Shown here piece by piece: positions 1 through 13,612 of a stretch of 64,000 bases of DNA (position 1 is the first letter of the stretch; the number at the start of each line of letters is the position of its first letter). The translations under genes were made by a program, and so were the position numbers. Source of the stretch: Felis catus (Eukaryota); the NCBI RefSeq assembly GCF_018350175.1, contig NC_058368.1:74340001-74404000 (forward strand). Direction: 5' to 3'. The notes beneath the pieces are model-generated. The model saw only the letters and a list, made by a program, of their open reading frames with translations. It searched no databases and was not told the origin of the DNA.

Positions 1-256
1 TTGCAAGATCCCCTAAGTTTTTTGGAGTAAACAGAATACGTAAAAGGAACATGGACCACACGCGGTATTTAAAGACAGTCTGCCCCATACTTTGCAAATC
101 CTCAACAGCATGAAAGTGGTCAGAAACCTACTGGTATCCAGTTAACTAATTTAGTTAATACATAGGCCAATGATTTTTATCTCCACTCCCAGAAACACCT
201 GAACCCCCTTTTACACATGCAACAGATCCTTTAAAAAAGATCTTCCCCCAAAAAAA

Positions 257-470
257 GGGGCTCCTGGGTGGCACAGTCGGTTAAGCGTCTGACCTCAGCC
301 AGGTCACGATCTCGCGGTCCGTGAGTTCGAGCCCCGCGTCAGGCTCTGGGCTGATGGCTCAGAACCTGGAGCCTGTTTCCGATTCTGTGTCTCCCTCTCT
401 CTCTGCCCCTCCCCCGTTCATGCTCTGTCTCTCTCTGTCCCAAAAATAAATAAACGTTGAAAAAAAAAAA
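257..470 (+). mobile_element. Can-SINE, young SINEC_Fc-type copy
   Basis: tRNA-like head (GGGGCTCCTGGGTGGCACAGTCGGTTAAG; B-box GTTCGAGCC), CT-rich body, AATAAA/A tail; TSD aaaaaagatcttccc. Confidence 0.95.
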
Positions 471-584
471 AGATCTTCCCTCTTATTTCACATGAATGAC
501 TCACTGAATAAAGTTTAATCTTTCCTTCTCAGAATATTTCTACAAAAGAAAAGGGAGTCGACCCGTCCTGAAGAGAATGTGAAT

Positions 585-666
585 CAGCATTTCCCAAACT
601 CAGTTCCTCAGAACTCACTCAAAACACACACTACAAACCAAACTGTGGCTAGTTTGGGAAAGGCTG
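585..666. mobile_element. hAT-Charlie-like MITE remnant with inverted repeats
   Basis: cagcatttcccaaact ... agtttgggaaaggctg form a 15/16 inverted repeat resembling Charlie-family TIRs. Confidence 0.5.
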
Positions 667-874
667 GGTTTTAAAATTAGATGGGTCATCTTGGAATCAC
701 TAAATTGTTAATTTCTATTGTGATAGACTCGGTATCAGTTCCCAAACCTTCCATGAGTGGGTGGAAATATCAACCACGGTAGGCTACAAATCTTATTTTT
801 CACCAAGTATTTTAAATAAATGTACAATGCCCTACATTTGCAATCAGAGGTAGCACGGGAGGGAAATGAAGAGC

Positions 875-972
875 CCAGGCCAATCTCATGGGGTAGCTGT
901 GAAAACCACATGAGATAAAGTTTACAAAGCACTTAGAATAATGGCTGGCACACAGTAAGTGCTACATAAACC
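875..972 (+). mobile_element. MIR 3' fragment
   Basis: atgagataaagtttacaaagcacttagaataatggctggcacacagtaagtgct matches the MIR core/3' end. Confidence 0.75.
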
Positions 973-2149
973 ATCGTCTTATATATAAAGAGTAAGTACA
1001 TGAAGAAAACCTTTGTGTAAAATAGAAGTTATTTAAACACAATTTCCCCTTTTATGTGGGCTTGTTAGTCACACTTGAATCTTTACTGAGAGTTTTAGGT
1101 TTGGCCATTTCATTACATCTCAAGCTACGAGAAGAAATATAAAAGGTAAAAAGCAAAATGAATTCTAGTTATGTCTTAGAGAAGTGATGGATTCAGGGCA
1201 TATCTGGGATGGTCAGGAGTGAACATGCATTCATGTTCGCTGTTGAGCAGTTGTATTTCCATGGGCAAATGTTGCATGGAGACATGACTTTAGATGTTAT
1301 TGTCGTAACTATTATAAGCTATTATCAAAACTATTCCAAAGATGAGCAATTTGTAAAGAAAGAAATGAGGCAGTGTGTTTAAGCACGTATTTCAAATATT
1401 TGGCAAGGCTGAGACTTGAACACTGGCATCCTTGCTCTAGAATTCACTCTCTAACCATTCTATTTTTAGCCTACCCTTGTAGCAACAGCTCAAGTAACTG
1501 TTTTAACTATATAGGTTGGTGATGAAATAATGCCGTGAAGACCCTGAAATCTGGAAATCTTTTTGTCTCACTCTCCTTATATCTTCTTTTTTCCCCCTAA
1601 ATTACAATAATTTTCTGCAGCTGGTCATGAAAATTCAAGTCTAGACTTTACAATGTATATTTGATTTTGACACACATGTTTTGGAGCAAAATTTTGTAAT
1701 AGAGTAATTGGAACTTAGATTATAAACTGCTGTTTGTCACATTTAATTGATATTTTGGTTGCTTCCACACTGTGTGGCTGTGAGAGTGATGCTCTGGTAT
1801 TCCTGGGTGTCTTGATTGTTTCCTAAAACTCTGGAAAGATGTGGCTAGTGAGAGCTATTTTCCGAGGTGCTGAAATGATTTCAAATCAAAGATATCCCAG
1901 ACTTCAGATATTGAAGAAATGCCCCAAATTCCATACATTCCTTTGACTGTTACTGTTCACACTGGATGTGAACTGTAATAAGTCATGTGACACATACATT
2001 TTTTTGTGTGGATATCTAAGTGAATACTCAGATTGCTCTAAGTTGATACATGGGAACATGGATGTAGACTTACAGTGCTTTCACACTCCAGGCTTATCGA
2101 TAAACACAAGGGCTGATTTGGTGGGAAGAGAGAAGTCACAGTGTCACAT

Positions 2150-2790
2150 TTTATTTACCCACACGCTTTCCCATGTGCGTCCCTGCCAAATGACGTTACG
2201 TTCAGTCTTTTGTCTGGTGATTCCTAATGTTATATCTCCATCCTTTGTCTATACCCCGAGTTCATGGGTCCAACTGTCTGCTCAATGTCTGAACGTGGAT
2301 GCCATGTAAAATGTCTCAGGCTTCATTTCTCCAAAGCAAAATAATTGATTTCTTTCCATATTCCCAAGGACTTTTCCTTCCCCAAATCTTCTGATTTCAG
2401 CACAGGATGTCACCATCTATTGAGATACTTAGGTCTGAATCATAGGAAGCATCCTTCACGCGTCCCATCCTTAAAGCAAACGTCTCATTGGTTGGCACAT
2501 ACTTTGAATGACACCTCCACAAGGTAGCAGGGGTCCGTTGATTGGTTTGTCATTTCTACTACGACCACCTTAATCGAAACCATCACCATCCAACCATGGA
2601 CTCTCACCTCTATTTGCATCACATTGGACTGAGCTTTCTTGCTTGTACTTCACTACCTGACAGTCAGTTCTCCACACAGCGACCAGGGCCATAAGTGGCT
2701 TATAGAGGTAATAAGCCAGAGTAAATAAAAGACCATAGGGGCTGATCCTCCTACTATTTTGACCATAGATACAGAGGAATGACAAACTGT
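2150..2790. mobile_element. Degenerate L2 LINE fragment
   Basis: Motifs such as cagttctccacacagcgaccagg and caactgtctgctcaatgtct resemble L2; boundaries approximate. Confidence 0.45.
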
Positions 2791-5700
2791 CAGGAAGAAG
2801 TTCCCAAGCAGGCAGAACTCTTCTGGAATGATACTTCTCCTATATTGGGAAGCACAATAAGCCTAATCAATTGGGTTCAAGCTTTAAAAACCATTGGGAA
2901 TAAAGGAGAAAACCTGTTTGAGTGTGTCGACCACACATCGCACCCTAACCGTAGGTTGCTGGTCCCATATGTTTAATGTGGTCAACATATGCCCAGTGGA
3001 AGGCCCACAGCTCACCTATCCTGTCCACTCTCACCGTATAGTGGGAAAATAAATAAACTGGAACCACAACCTGGATCCAGTAGTCTCTGGAGGGCCATGA
3101 GAGACACTTGAGCATCTCTATTATTTATAAGTCGCTAAATTGCTATGCCATCGTGATTGTCCACTCTATCTCAAGGGGAGGAATGCTCTGCCAGGGGTCA
3201 AGGGCACAGAGTGGAGGCAACACAGGAAGACTTTTGATCCTTTTGCGGATGAGATAAACGGTTAGGTATTGAACATAACAGGTGCAATACTGCTTTTTAA
3301 TGTAATGTTTTCTTCTAATTCATGTAGCTGATGCAGAAAAATTAAACTGGAGTTTATTCTAGAATGTGTGATGCTTTGCAAGGTGCAGCGTAAGACCTGC
3401 GTAAGATCCCTGCTAGTGGAAAAATGGCAGCCAGTCTAAGACTGCACCCTGTTCTTTCTGCCTCCATTGGAAAAGAGAAGCTATAAGATTATGTGTGATC
3501 TGGATTTATCAACCAGGATAGGAGACCAGATAAGCCTTGGGGAAAATGCAGCTTCTTTTGGAAACTTACAATGTATTGTCTAAATAGTCCCTCACTTGAG
3601 AATTCAGCTGGCTAATGATGGCTGTGGTATTCGGATTAGGGATTTTAGATGCTGGGTTTTACCTGGAGCCATGACTAAGAGGTGTTTATCTTCCATTTTC
3701 TCTTTTAAAATCTGGAGTTTATTTTCTTAATACTGGTACTGAATGCAGAGGTTTGGGAAGGAGGTGAAGGGCTAACTGCTAGCATTGACATTCAGTTTTC
3801 AGTGTCACATCACCAGAATCAGTCACACACCTGCGTAATCGCTACCCTGTCAACGGAAAGGCTGGGAGCAGAGTGAGCAAAATTATACAAAAGGGGAAAA
3901 ATGGATTTCATTGCCACATGTCCAAAAAGTATTGGTTAAGTTATGGTATTTATCACTCAAGGTATATGATTTCAAAAGCACATTTATATGTTATGATCAG
4001 TTAAGTGTGCTGATCCATTCTTCATCAGATTCAAAATGAAGGAGTGAAAAAAGCAGGCTGACACCATGTTATATAGGATTATAGTTTTTTATCAAAGATT
4101 AGCAGGCTGTGTTCCATTATCTAGCATGCCTGAGCTCTCCCAATCCATTGCCTTTGGAAGGCAGAATGACAAAATTCAAATTTCAAATGCAGCCAGGGAA
4201 TGAATAAAGAGTGGAGATGACTCAGCCTGGAGAAAATATGACTGTCGGAGTATTACCGTAAAACAAGCCTCACTGTTCTAACTGTCAACACAAATAACCA
4301 GAACGAGTAGGAAGGGCCCGGTGGAGAAGGGGAATCCAAATGAATATGGAGTTCTCAATCTTTCAACTTGTTATAAAGAAAGAAAAAGGATACCTTTGTG
4401 AGGAAGAAAGAGAATTCTTCTGTATGTAAATCTATAGGACTGATTTCATTCTCATCTGTAAATTGAAATAGGAGATTGCCTAGTTACTGGCAGCCTTTCG
4501 AAACCACCTGGTCGGGATGTTAGGGAGTAGTTACAGATTCGAACTCTACCTGGTCAAGTCTAAGATGGGTAATCTATTCCTTTACTTGACATATAGCTTA
4601 CATATTCATAAACTGTTTTTAATTTAAGGGCCCAATCCATTGATTAGCTAGCGGGCAAGAAGGACAAGCATAGATCTTTCAAATTTATATTTAAAGCACC
4701 ATGTTCCATGTTATGAATTCTGCCCTGCGTTTCAAGGAATATAATAAAGGCGGGACTTAAAGCCATTATCTATTATACTATGTCAACCATTTCTTCATAG
4801 ACCCAGCTACCTTCCAAAGGGTTTGAAACGACAAGGGCAACAATAGAGTTTACAGACTCTCACCAGTGGTGGCCGCACGCGTCATGGACTTTCCACCGAC
4901 AGGGCACCCAGGAACTCACACGCTGAGTTTGTCCTACGTTGTCGTTTACCTGTTCTTACACTATTTACAATGCATCTCTATTCATACCAATAACGTGTCC
5001 TTTTTAGTTCACAGGGAAGCAGAAAAACTACACTTAAAGCTCTTCAACGGGGCACATGATTTGGGGGAAAGATTAGTGGCAATGAGCTGCAATGCAACAC
5101 CGCCTGGCAGAGATTTTGGGGTCCCTTCGTCCTGACGTTGCCCCCTTCTTTTGGTGGGAAAAGAAAGGACACTTTTACTGACTTTGCTTGTTTAACTCCA
5201 AGTCGGGTCATAAATCTTCACACCGTAGCTATAATCATACCCCCAGAACTGCCAGCGTGAGCTTCTTTACCACTATTTCTTGTGGGAAATTTGCATCTGA
5301 TATATCCAGCTTAGGTTATGCATATTTTTTTATAAGAAGTTATCTCTCACATACTTCAGAGTTTATCTGTATTTGCATTTGTCTTTTTAATGTCCTTCAG
5401 TTAAATTCTGTGAATTTTTACCAAAGGTATTATGCATTTGGATAGATTTATTTTCTAGGTAATTGTATAGTGTCTTTCTTTTCACTTTTGAGTGGATTCT
5501 CCTTTTCTATTACATTCTTTTAGTTATTTTTGCTACGAGTTTCTAGGATTTCAAATTGTAGTTCTGGTTTCATAAGCTTGATCAATTTTATTGGATGAAT
5601 CTCTTAAGTTTTTAAGGTTGACAACGATATCACTAACGAGTGATTCTGTAATTTTATTTTTGTGTTTACTCTTACTGTATTACTCATTGGCTAGGATATC

Positions 5701-6327
5701 TTGTATAATGTTGGATGGTAGGGATATTATCAGGTACTCTTGCTTTTTTCTCCCACCTGTAATGCATACAGTTTCATAATTAAATTTTTTTTTAGCTAAT
5801 TCCATTTATCAGGTTATTGACCGTCACGTCTAATCCTACTCTACTGAGTTTTTATTGTGAAAGTTTTAATTTTATAAAATGTATTTTGCATATATAAAAT
5901 GATCATCATTTTTTTCTTCTATCTGTGAATTGCCTACATTATGTTATTCAATTTTCTCAAATTAAATAACCTTGTACTTCTAGGAGATCACTATTTGATT
6001 AGGAGACATTTTTTTAAAAACACACACCTGAGTTAAATATAGCTATATTTTTAGTTAGAATTTTTACTCTCTTTAGTAGTGGAAGGTTTGCGAAATGAAT
6101 TAGAGAATCTTGCTACATTTTTCATTTTAAGCAGAAAATGCGTAAGATTGAAGAAAGTTTGCATAAGATCGTTATCCCGGTTTCTTGAAAGTTCAAAAGC
6201 ATATGCCTAACAGACTGTGGTCCTACTTTCTATATTTTGGGGAAGGTATAGATTATTTATAAGGGAATGTCTTTACTGTATATTGGAATAGTAAGGTATA
6301 TGTACCTGTGTGTGCATGCACGTGCAT

Positions 6328-6332
<5 letters not shown>

Positions 6333-6368
<36 letters not shown>
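6333..6368. repeat. (TG)n microsatellite
   Basis: Perfect TG run. Confidence 0.95.
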
Positions 6369-6369
<1 letters not shown>

Positions 6370-6451
6370 TTAGAATAAGTTTCCTTTTGAACTTGCGCTT
6401 TTCTAGTCACTTGCTCATTTAATTTAGATTTTTAAACTTATACATGTTATA

Positions 6452-6607
6452 GGGGCGCCTGGGTGGCTCAGTCGGTTAAGCGTTCGATTTCAGCTCAGGT
6501 CATGAACTCACAGTTGACAAGTTCAAGCCCCACTCGGGCTCTGTGCTGACAGCTCAGAGCCTGGAGTCGGCTTCGGATTCTATGTCTCCCTCTCTGCCTC
6601 TTCCCTG

Positions 6608-6648
<41 letters not shown>

Positions 6649-6681
6649 AAAAATAAATAAAAGTTAAAAAAATTAAAAAAT
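6452..6681 (+). mobile_element. Can-SINE
   Basis: Full head, (CT)n and tail; TSD aaacttataca(t/a)gttat. Confidence 0.95.
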
Positions 6682-6807
6682 AAACTTATACAAGTTATTG
6701 CAATAAAAACATTCCTCAGATGAGTTTAGGTTTTTTTCTCCTCAAGAAGTAATATTCTCTTTTTTATTTTTAGTATTTTTTCCTTATTTGTTTACTTTAT
6801 TGAGCTA

Positions 6808-6975
6808 TTTTTTTATTTATTTATTTTAGAGAGAGAGAGAGAGAGAGAGAGAGTTTGAGTGGGAAAGGGGCAGAAGGAAAGAGACAGAATATTAAGCAGA
6901 CTCCACGACCCCAGGATCATGACTTGAGCCAAATCAAGAATCAGAAACTCAACCAACTGAGCCACCCAGGAGCCC
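6808..6975 (-). mobile_element. Can-SINE (diverged, internally deleted)
   Basis: (GA)n plus ctgagccacccaggagccc antisense head. Confidence 0.85.
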
Positions 6976-7351
6976 TGAGCTGTTGTTTGTTTATTTTTTT
7001 AAATAAGACTATATTTTGCTTTCTCGATGGTTTCTGGGAGTTTTCTTTGCCTACTTACATTCGTTTGCATTTTTTTTTTTGTATTTTTTTTCAGGTGTTA
7101 AATGTAGTATTCATATTTTTCTTCCTTTATTTAAATTTTCTATAATCTTTTCTTGTACGTCAAGCTAAATTATTTAGCTTAGTCAGCTTAATCATTTTCA
7201 GTGTTTCCTGTTTTATAATAAAAACATTTAAGACTATAATTTTCATTTAAGTTCAGCTAAAGCTGTATTTGACCACATTTTATATAAATTGGTTTTGCTC
7301 TCATTTGATTCTACGTGTTTCGTGGTTTTCATTATATTATTTTGGCGGGGA

Positions 7352-7565
7352 GGGGCGCCTGGGTGGCTCAGTCGGTTAAGCGTCTGACTCCGACTCAGGT
7401 CACGATCTTGCAGTTTGTGAGTTTGAGCCCCTGTGTCGGGCTCTGTGCTGACAGCTCAGAGCCTGGAGACTGCTTCCGAGTCTGTGTCTCTCCCTGTCTC
7501 TCTGTCCCTCCCCCCGCTCATACTCTGTCTCTCTCAAAAATAAATAAACATTACAAAAATAAAAT
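7352..7565 (+). mobile_element. Can-SINE
   Basis: ggggcgcctgggtggctcagtcggttaag head through AATAAA tail. Confidence 0.95.
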
Positions 7566-8094
7566 GATATTATTCTTTGACCTACACATTATGAAGACTG
7601 ATTTTAGTGTTTACAAATTCTTGGGGAGTTACAAGTTTTCAATTTATTAATTACCAAAGAAGTTTTACATTCACTGGGTAAGTTTTAAGGAGCATGAAAA
7701 GAAATACTGTGAAAATTTGTCACACTTCTTCCTGCCCAAGTAGCCACGACCCCTCCCTGGATGAATTTACTATTCTTGAGTGCTTTCCAGATGTTTCTCT
7801 GCTTCCGAGCATCATATACGTATTCTTTTTTTCCACACAGAGAAATGACATGCGATTTAATTTTCATTTTAACAGTACATCTAGAGATGTTGTATTCCGT
7901 ATAAAGCAATAAGGTATTCTCTCATGTGAATGTAGTGTGATTTACTTAACTCGTCTCATTCTATAGGTGTATAGGTAGTTTCACCTAACATGCAGCGGCT
8001 TCCAGGAATGTTCTTGTTCATACAGTCCTTTAAAAATGTGTAAGATAAATGCCCAGGAAAACAAATTGCTGAGTCACAGAGCACGTGCATTGCA

Positions 8095-8288
8095 ATTTTT
8101 TAATGGTAATTTATTTTGAGAGAGAGAGAGAGAAAGTGAGTGAGCTGGGGAGGGGCAGAGAGAATCCCAAACGGGCTTCACATTCAGCTCAGAGCCTGAC
8201 GTGGGGCTCAATCCCACGAACCATGAGATCATGACCTGAGCTGAAATCAAGAGCCTGTCACTCAACCGACTGAACCACCCGGGTGCCC
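8095..8288 (-). mobile_element. Can-SINE
   Basis: Antisense body; TSD gtgc(a/g)ttgca. Confidence 0.9.
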
Positions 8289-9194
8289 TGTGCGTTGCAT
8301 TTTGATACTTATTGTCTAATGACCTTCAATGGGGCTTATAAAAATGTATCTTCCCCTCAGTGTACCTTTTTTGGGGGGGGGGAACCTTGCATTTTTTTTT
8401 TTTTACTGCCAACTTCCCTTTGTTCCTCCTAATGATTTTGTTCTTCTTTTTCCCTTTGATCTATAAGAGTATTTATATACTAAGGAAATTTTCTTGCTAT
8501 TTAAGATGTGAATTGAAAATATTTACCCAAATTAACATTAGTCTTTGGCGTTATGTAATTTTCTGTAAATATCTTAAAATGTGAGTGTATTAAAATGTAT
8601 CAGTGTTTTATTTGGTGTCTTTTGTGTTCTGTTTCATTCTTAGAGACGCCATGACCACTATAAAATTTTAAAAGCAAATCTACCTCTCGTGTTTTATTTT
8701 TGTGCTTTTCTATTTTTTTAAATCAGTTGTTTTGCTCGCTGGTCCATGTGGATTTATCTTAATGGAAAATGTGGAGGGAATGTCCAAATTGCCATTTTTC
8801 CTTTTGATGACTCCTCAGTTTTCACATTTGTTGACAAAAGCATCTTTATTATATTCTGAAAATCTCTTCTCTTTCAACACTTCAAACTCTGCACTTTTTG
8901 GCTCAGTCTGCTTTTTGCTTCGATTATTCTATGTAGTCTGTCTAAGCAGTATCTTCAAAACAACAACAACAAAGCAGCTCTGGGCCTCTGGACATAAATC
9001 CATGCCTATCTCCCCTGTTATGGGCAAAATACCTTGCATTTTTTTCTCATCAACCTGGAGAAAAACAGGTATGATTAATTGCTTTTAGCTAATTCTTCTG
9101 TCGCAGATGGAATAGATACAGCAGTAAACACACGTGGAATAATTGTACTTTTATCTTCAAAAAAATGTCATCTTATAAATTTCTGGGGTTACAA

Positions 9195-9425
9195 TTTTTT
9201 TTAAAAAAATTTTAATCTTTATTTATTTTTGAGAGAGAGAGAGAGAGCGAGAGAGTGAGCGAGTGGGGGAGGGACAGAAAGAGAGGGAGACACGGAATCC
9301 AAAGCAGACTCCAGGCTCTGAGCTGTCAGCACAGAACCTGACATGGGACTTGAACTCTCAAACTACGAGATCATGACCTGAGTTGAAGTCAGACGCTTAA
9401 CCGACTGAGCCATCCAGGTACCCCC
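9195..9425 (-). mobile_element. Can-SINE
   Basis: Antisense full-length body. Confidence 0.95.
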
Positions 9426-9646
9426 TCGTGTTATTTGAAAGAAATTTCTGGTGTTAAAAAAACTTTGAAGATACTAAAGTGAAGGGCATTTTTTCTTTGA
9501 TGAAGACTACAATTTGCGTATCATTTTCTAATATTTGAATTAGAATTCAGAGTAAACTTTAATTCATTGAGAAGCCATCTGTAATTATTCTATGCTTCAT
9601 TAAGTGATCTTTCCTCCACAATCTCACAATATCCTCTGTAAACCTC

Positions 9647-10128
9647 TTTATTAGTGGGGGTTCTCCAGAGAAACAGAACCAATAGGATATAAGATATATT
9701 TAGTATAAGGAATTAGCTCATGTAATTATGAAGGCTGACAAGTCCAAAAATCCACAACTGGAAAGCTGGACACCCAGGAGAGCTGATGGTCTAGTTCTAT
9801 CCTGAAGGCTGGCAGTCTCGTGACCAAAGAACCAATGTTTCAGTTCAAACCCAAAGGCAGGAAAAAGCCAATGTCCCATTTGGAGGCATTTTGGCATTAG
9901 AAGTTCCCTCTTATTTGGGGGAGGGTCAGCATTTGTTCTAGTCAGACCTTCAACTGATTAGACAAGGCTCACCCATGTTAGGGAGAACAATCTGCTTCAT
10001 TCAGTCAACAGACTTAAATGTTAATTTCACCCAAAACCACCTTGACAGAAATACCCAGCATAATGTTTGGCCAAATATCTGGGCACCCCATGGCCCACTT
10101 AAGCTGGCACATGAAGTTAACCATCATA
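9647..10128 (-). mobile_element. MLT2-type (ERVL) solo LTR
   Basis: Minus strand begins TATGATGGTTAACTTCATGTGCCAGCTT and ends ...TCTCTGGAGAACCC...CTAATA like MLT2; 5-bp TSD acctc at 9642-9646 and 10129-10133. Confidence 0.85.
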
Positions 10129-10209
10129 ACCTCCATCAGTGTGCTTATCACATTTGGCATCTAGAACATCTATAACTCCATAAAAGCAAAAAGTCTTTAG
10201 AACTATGCA

Positions 10210-10446
10210 TTTTTTAAAATTTTTTAAATTTTTTAATTTTTTTAATGTTTATTTATTTTTGAGAGAGAGAGAAACACAGGGCAAGTGGGGGAGGGAGAGA
10301 GAGAGAGGGAGACACAGAATCCAAAGCAGGCTCCAGGCCAGGAGCTGTCAGTGCAGAGCCGGACATGGGACTCGACCTCACAAGTTGTGAGATCATGACC
10401 TGAGCCAAAGTTGGATGCTTAACCTACTGAGCCACCCAGGCGCCCC
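10210..10446 (-). mobile_element. Can-SINE
   Basis: Antisense full-length body ending gccacccaggcgcccc. Confidence 0.95.
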
Positions 10447-10844
10447 AAGACCTTTTTAGTAGCAAAAACTGTGCTTGTTCTTCAGTAAGCTTCAACAAAA
10501 CTTGAACAAACTAATGAATTAACTGACCTCGATAAAAACGTATATGTTGAGTTAAGGATAATAAACATTTTTGCAAGAATTTGGATTCCTTTTTAATGAA
10601 GAATTCAAATGTACTCTCCTAGCTGGAGATAGAGGACACCCATGTTTTTAACTAATTGAGCAGCTTTTTTGTTTTTATTTTTTAAGACTATATAATTTGG
10701 CTGTCCTATTAAGGCTCATCCTGGAATCACTAAAACAATGAGTTATTAAATCATAGCTCAAGTAATGAAGTGTCCAGACATTCCTGTAAATTTTCCCTAA
10801 AAGAAAAGAAAATATCTTTTTTTCTAAAAGAAATACATAAGCCA

Positions 10845-10850
10845 TGTGTG

Positions 10851-10882
<32 letters not shown>

Positions 10883-11058
10883 TATACACACATATATATA
10901 TACACACATAGATATAAACACACACTAAGCAAATATATACATATATATTCACATATATACATATATGTACACAATGTATATAATATATACAATATGTATA
11001 GTATATATATTATATATATACAGCATATACACTATATTTACACAAACATATATATGTA
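10845..11058. repeat. (TA)n/(CA)n degenerate microsatellite
   Basis: Alternating purine-pyrimidine low-complexity tract. Confidence 0.9.
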
Positions 11059-12224
11059 TTTGCTTAGTTAAAATTAGAGATTAAAATTGCTTAGTTCAAA
11101 TGTAAAAAAAGTCTGAATTTATGATGTTTTTATAATATCTGCTTATCTGTCTTTTAGTTACCTCCATAATTCATTTTGTTTGAGTCTTTTGGTTTCTCCT
11201 ATTTTCCCAGACGGGCTCCCCTAGGTGAAATGCCACATGATTTGAGAGGATATGCCTTTTGGAGTATCTGGCTACCAAATCCTTGGATCTCAAAAGGATA
11301 TTGGTAGAATCAGGAGAACCCCGGACTGTCCGCTTCCTGCGCACATTGTCTCATCATTCGGTCATTTCTGTGCTGGGAGACAATGATGATAAGAATGAAA
11401 ATAATGTCTACATACAAACAGTCTATGGTTCCTTGCCCCAAAGCAGTGCGAAGCAATGCAGAGGAGATTCACACAGATCCCTCAAGTTGCATAAATGTGT
11501 GCAACCTAGTTTTTGCTGGGGGGGTTTCCTAGATTTTAACACAAGGCTACCTCCTTTGCTATAAACTTTTGTTGTTGTGTTGGGAAATTAGTTTGGTCTT
11601 AAATTTTCCTCTGTGAATAATAAAGCTGTCCTTGGAGACTTGATTCATAGACAACCTCTCCTTAGAAAAGCATTACATGAATTTGAAACTTTTGTGAAAC
11701 CATTGCTGTGTGGGACTACTGGCTTTTGACCCCTGAATTCTCATTAATTAGCCTAGGGGCACAAAGGTACCCAATTGACTCCGAGAAGGGTCATTCAGGG
11801 GTTCCTTCCATCCCTGATCAGTCTTGTTACCTGAAGAACTTAGCTTCTTGTATTCTGAATGTAAGTAGGTCTTTCTACTTTGCCATTTCAGTCTTCAGCT
11901 GAAGTCGCTAACAGCTATTCTCAGAGTTCTTCTTCTGTGGGAGATTCATGCCTGAGCTCAGTTTCCCCGTGTCTAATCACCACATCTGAGTACTGATACG
12001 ATGTATATCCCTTTTTGCCTTTATTTTTCATAAGAAGAGGAAGGTAGCAAAACAATTGAGGCAGTGAGGTCAACTGTATTGCCTAGATTGGGTGCATGCC
12101 CGTTGGGGCCACCTAAGAAAGGGGTCTTTCGTGTACGTGCAGTACAGGAGAAAACTAACACAGCAAAGGAAACAGCTTAAACAGTATCTCTAATAATATT
12201 GATTTTCAAGGAAGAATAAGGGAG

Positions 12225-12335
12225 GGGAGGCTGAGTGGCTCAGTCAATAGGTAAGCGTCTGACTCTTGATTTCCACTCAGGCCATGGTCTCACAGTTGTG
12301 AGATCAAGCCCCATGTCCGGCTCCACACAAAGTGA

Positions 12336-12383
<48 letters not shown>

Positions 12384-12420
12384 CTCCCTCCACCTCAAAA
12401 TAAATAATAAATAAATAAAT
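12225..12420 (+). mobile_element. Can-SINE (older, internally deleted)
   Basis: gtggctcagtc...gactcttgatttc head, long (CT)n, AATAAA tail. Confidence 0.85.
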
Positions 12421-13383
12421 CTAAAGGAAAAATAGGGGAATCATGGGAAGAGTTTGCCCACAAATCTATCACATATATTGACCTAGATTTCTATATTAAT
12501 TAAATTATTTTTTGTTCACCTTGTTCACTGTCCTTTCCCCAAACAACCAGAAAAAAAAGCTGTTGATTAGACTTAGGACCCCAGGAAGAAAACCACATCG
12601 AGTCTTAGGAGAGTCTCTCAGTGAGGAAATTATGGAAGCGTTGATAGACCTTCACAGCTATAGATGGTTTAGAACCCAGGATAGGCAATTTTCAGGTGGA
12701 CACTTCAAGGTGTAACAGTGGTTGGGAATGGACACAGTTTCCAATACAATAGTTTGGGTTTGGCAGGCACGCCGAAGAGGTGGGAATACTGAAGCAAGTC
12801 TGGATGAGCACACTTAGTCTCAATAAGCAAGCAGTTTAGTTGCTTTGGAACTTTATCTTCCAAGAGCAGGTAATTCCTGGAGCAAAGAAAGATAAGCTGT
12901 TTCTGCTGGATCTCGGCGTTAGGAAAGTACGCCGATCGTGTTTCGTCCATGGACAGGAATTATGCTGCCTTAAGTTCTTGATCTTCCGCTGACCTAACAT
13001 AGAATCCTTTATGTTTTTAGAGAGAAACATGCGTATAAAAAATTCTGAGACAAGTTTTTCTCGGCATTCTACCACGGTACATACACAAACCCAAACACAT
13101 ATTCACAGATGCAAGAAACTACTGTAGGCGATATTTACTAGGGAGCCGCTGCTTTGAGCACTACAGACAGCCCAGTTCTCTATGTTCGTTTTGAAAGTCT
13201 TCCTGAGAAAAAGCTATTAACCACATTCACTTTCTCGTTAGCTTTAACAAGGTAAAGAGATCCATAATATCAAAGTATTTGAATGTTTTGACCATTCATC
13301 CTGATGGGTGGTAGAAAACTAAGTCCATCCTGAAGTCAGGCTATTGAAACACTAGAAGTCGTTACCTTGTTAAGATTTCCCAT

Positions 13384-13612
13384 GGGGGCGCCTGGGTGGC
13401 TCAGTCGGTTGAGCGTCCGACTTCGCTCAGGTCACGATCTCACGGTCCGTGAGTTCCAGCCCCGCATCAGGCTCTGTGCTGACAGCTCAGAGCCTGGAGC
13501 CTGTTTCAGATTCTGTGTCTCCCTCTCTCTCTGGCCCTCCCCCCGGTCATGCTCTGTCTCTCTCTGTCTCAAAAATAAATAAATGTTAAAAAAAGAATCT
13601 ATTAAAATAAAA
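13384..13612 (+). mobile_element. Can-SINE
   Basis: Full-length; TSD aagatttcccat. Confidence 0.95.

Larger units (their letters stand above)
5350..8900 (-). mobile_element. Old, fragmented antisense L1 (L1M-type) interrupted by SINEs
   Basis: T-rich sequence with antisense L1-like motifs (ttggctaggatatcttgtataatgttgga; aataaccttgtacttctagga); boundaries approximate. Confidence 0.5.

Noticed and set aside
257..340. tRNA genes at SINE heads (A and B boxes)
   Set aside because: The heads continue into the SINE body and poly-A with TSDs, so they are not stand-alone tRNAs
10675..11071. Tyr/Ile-rich ORFs
   Set aside because: Artefacts of the (TA)n/(CA)n tract
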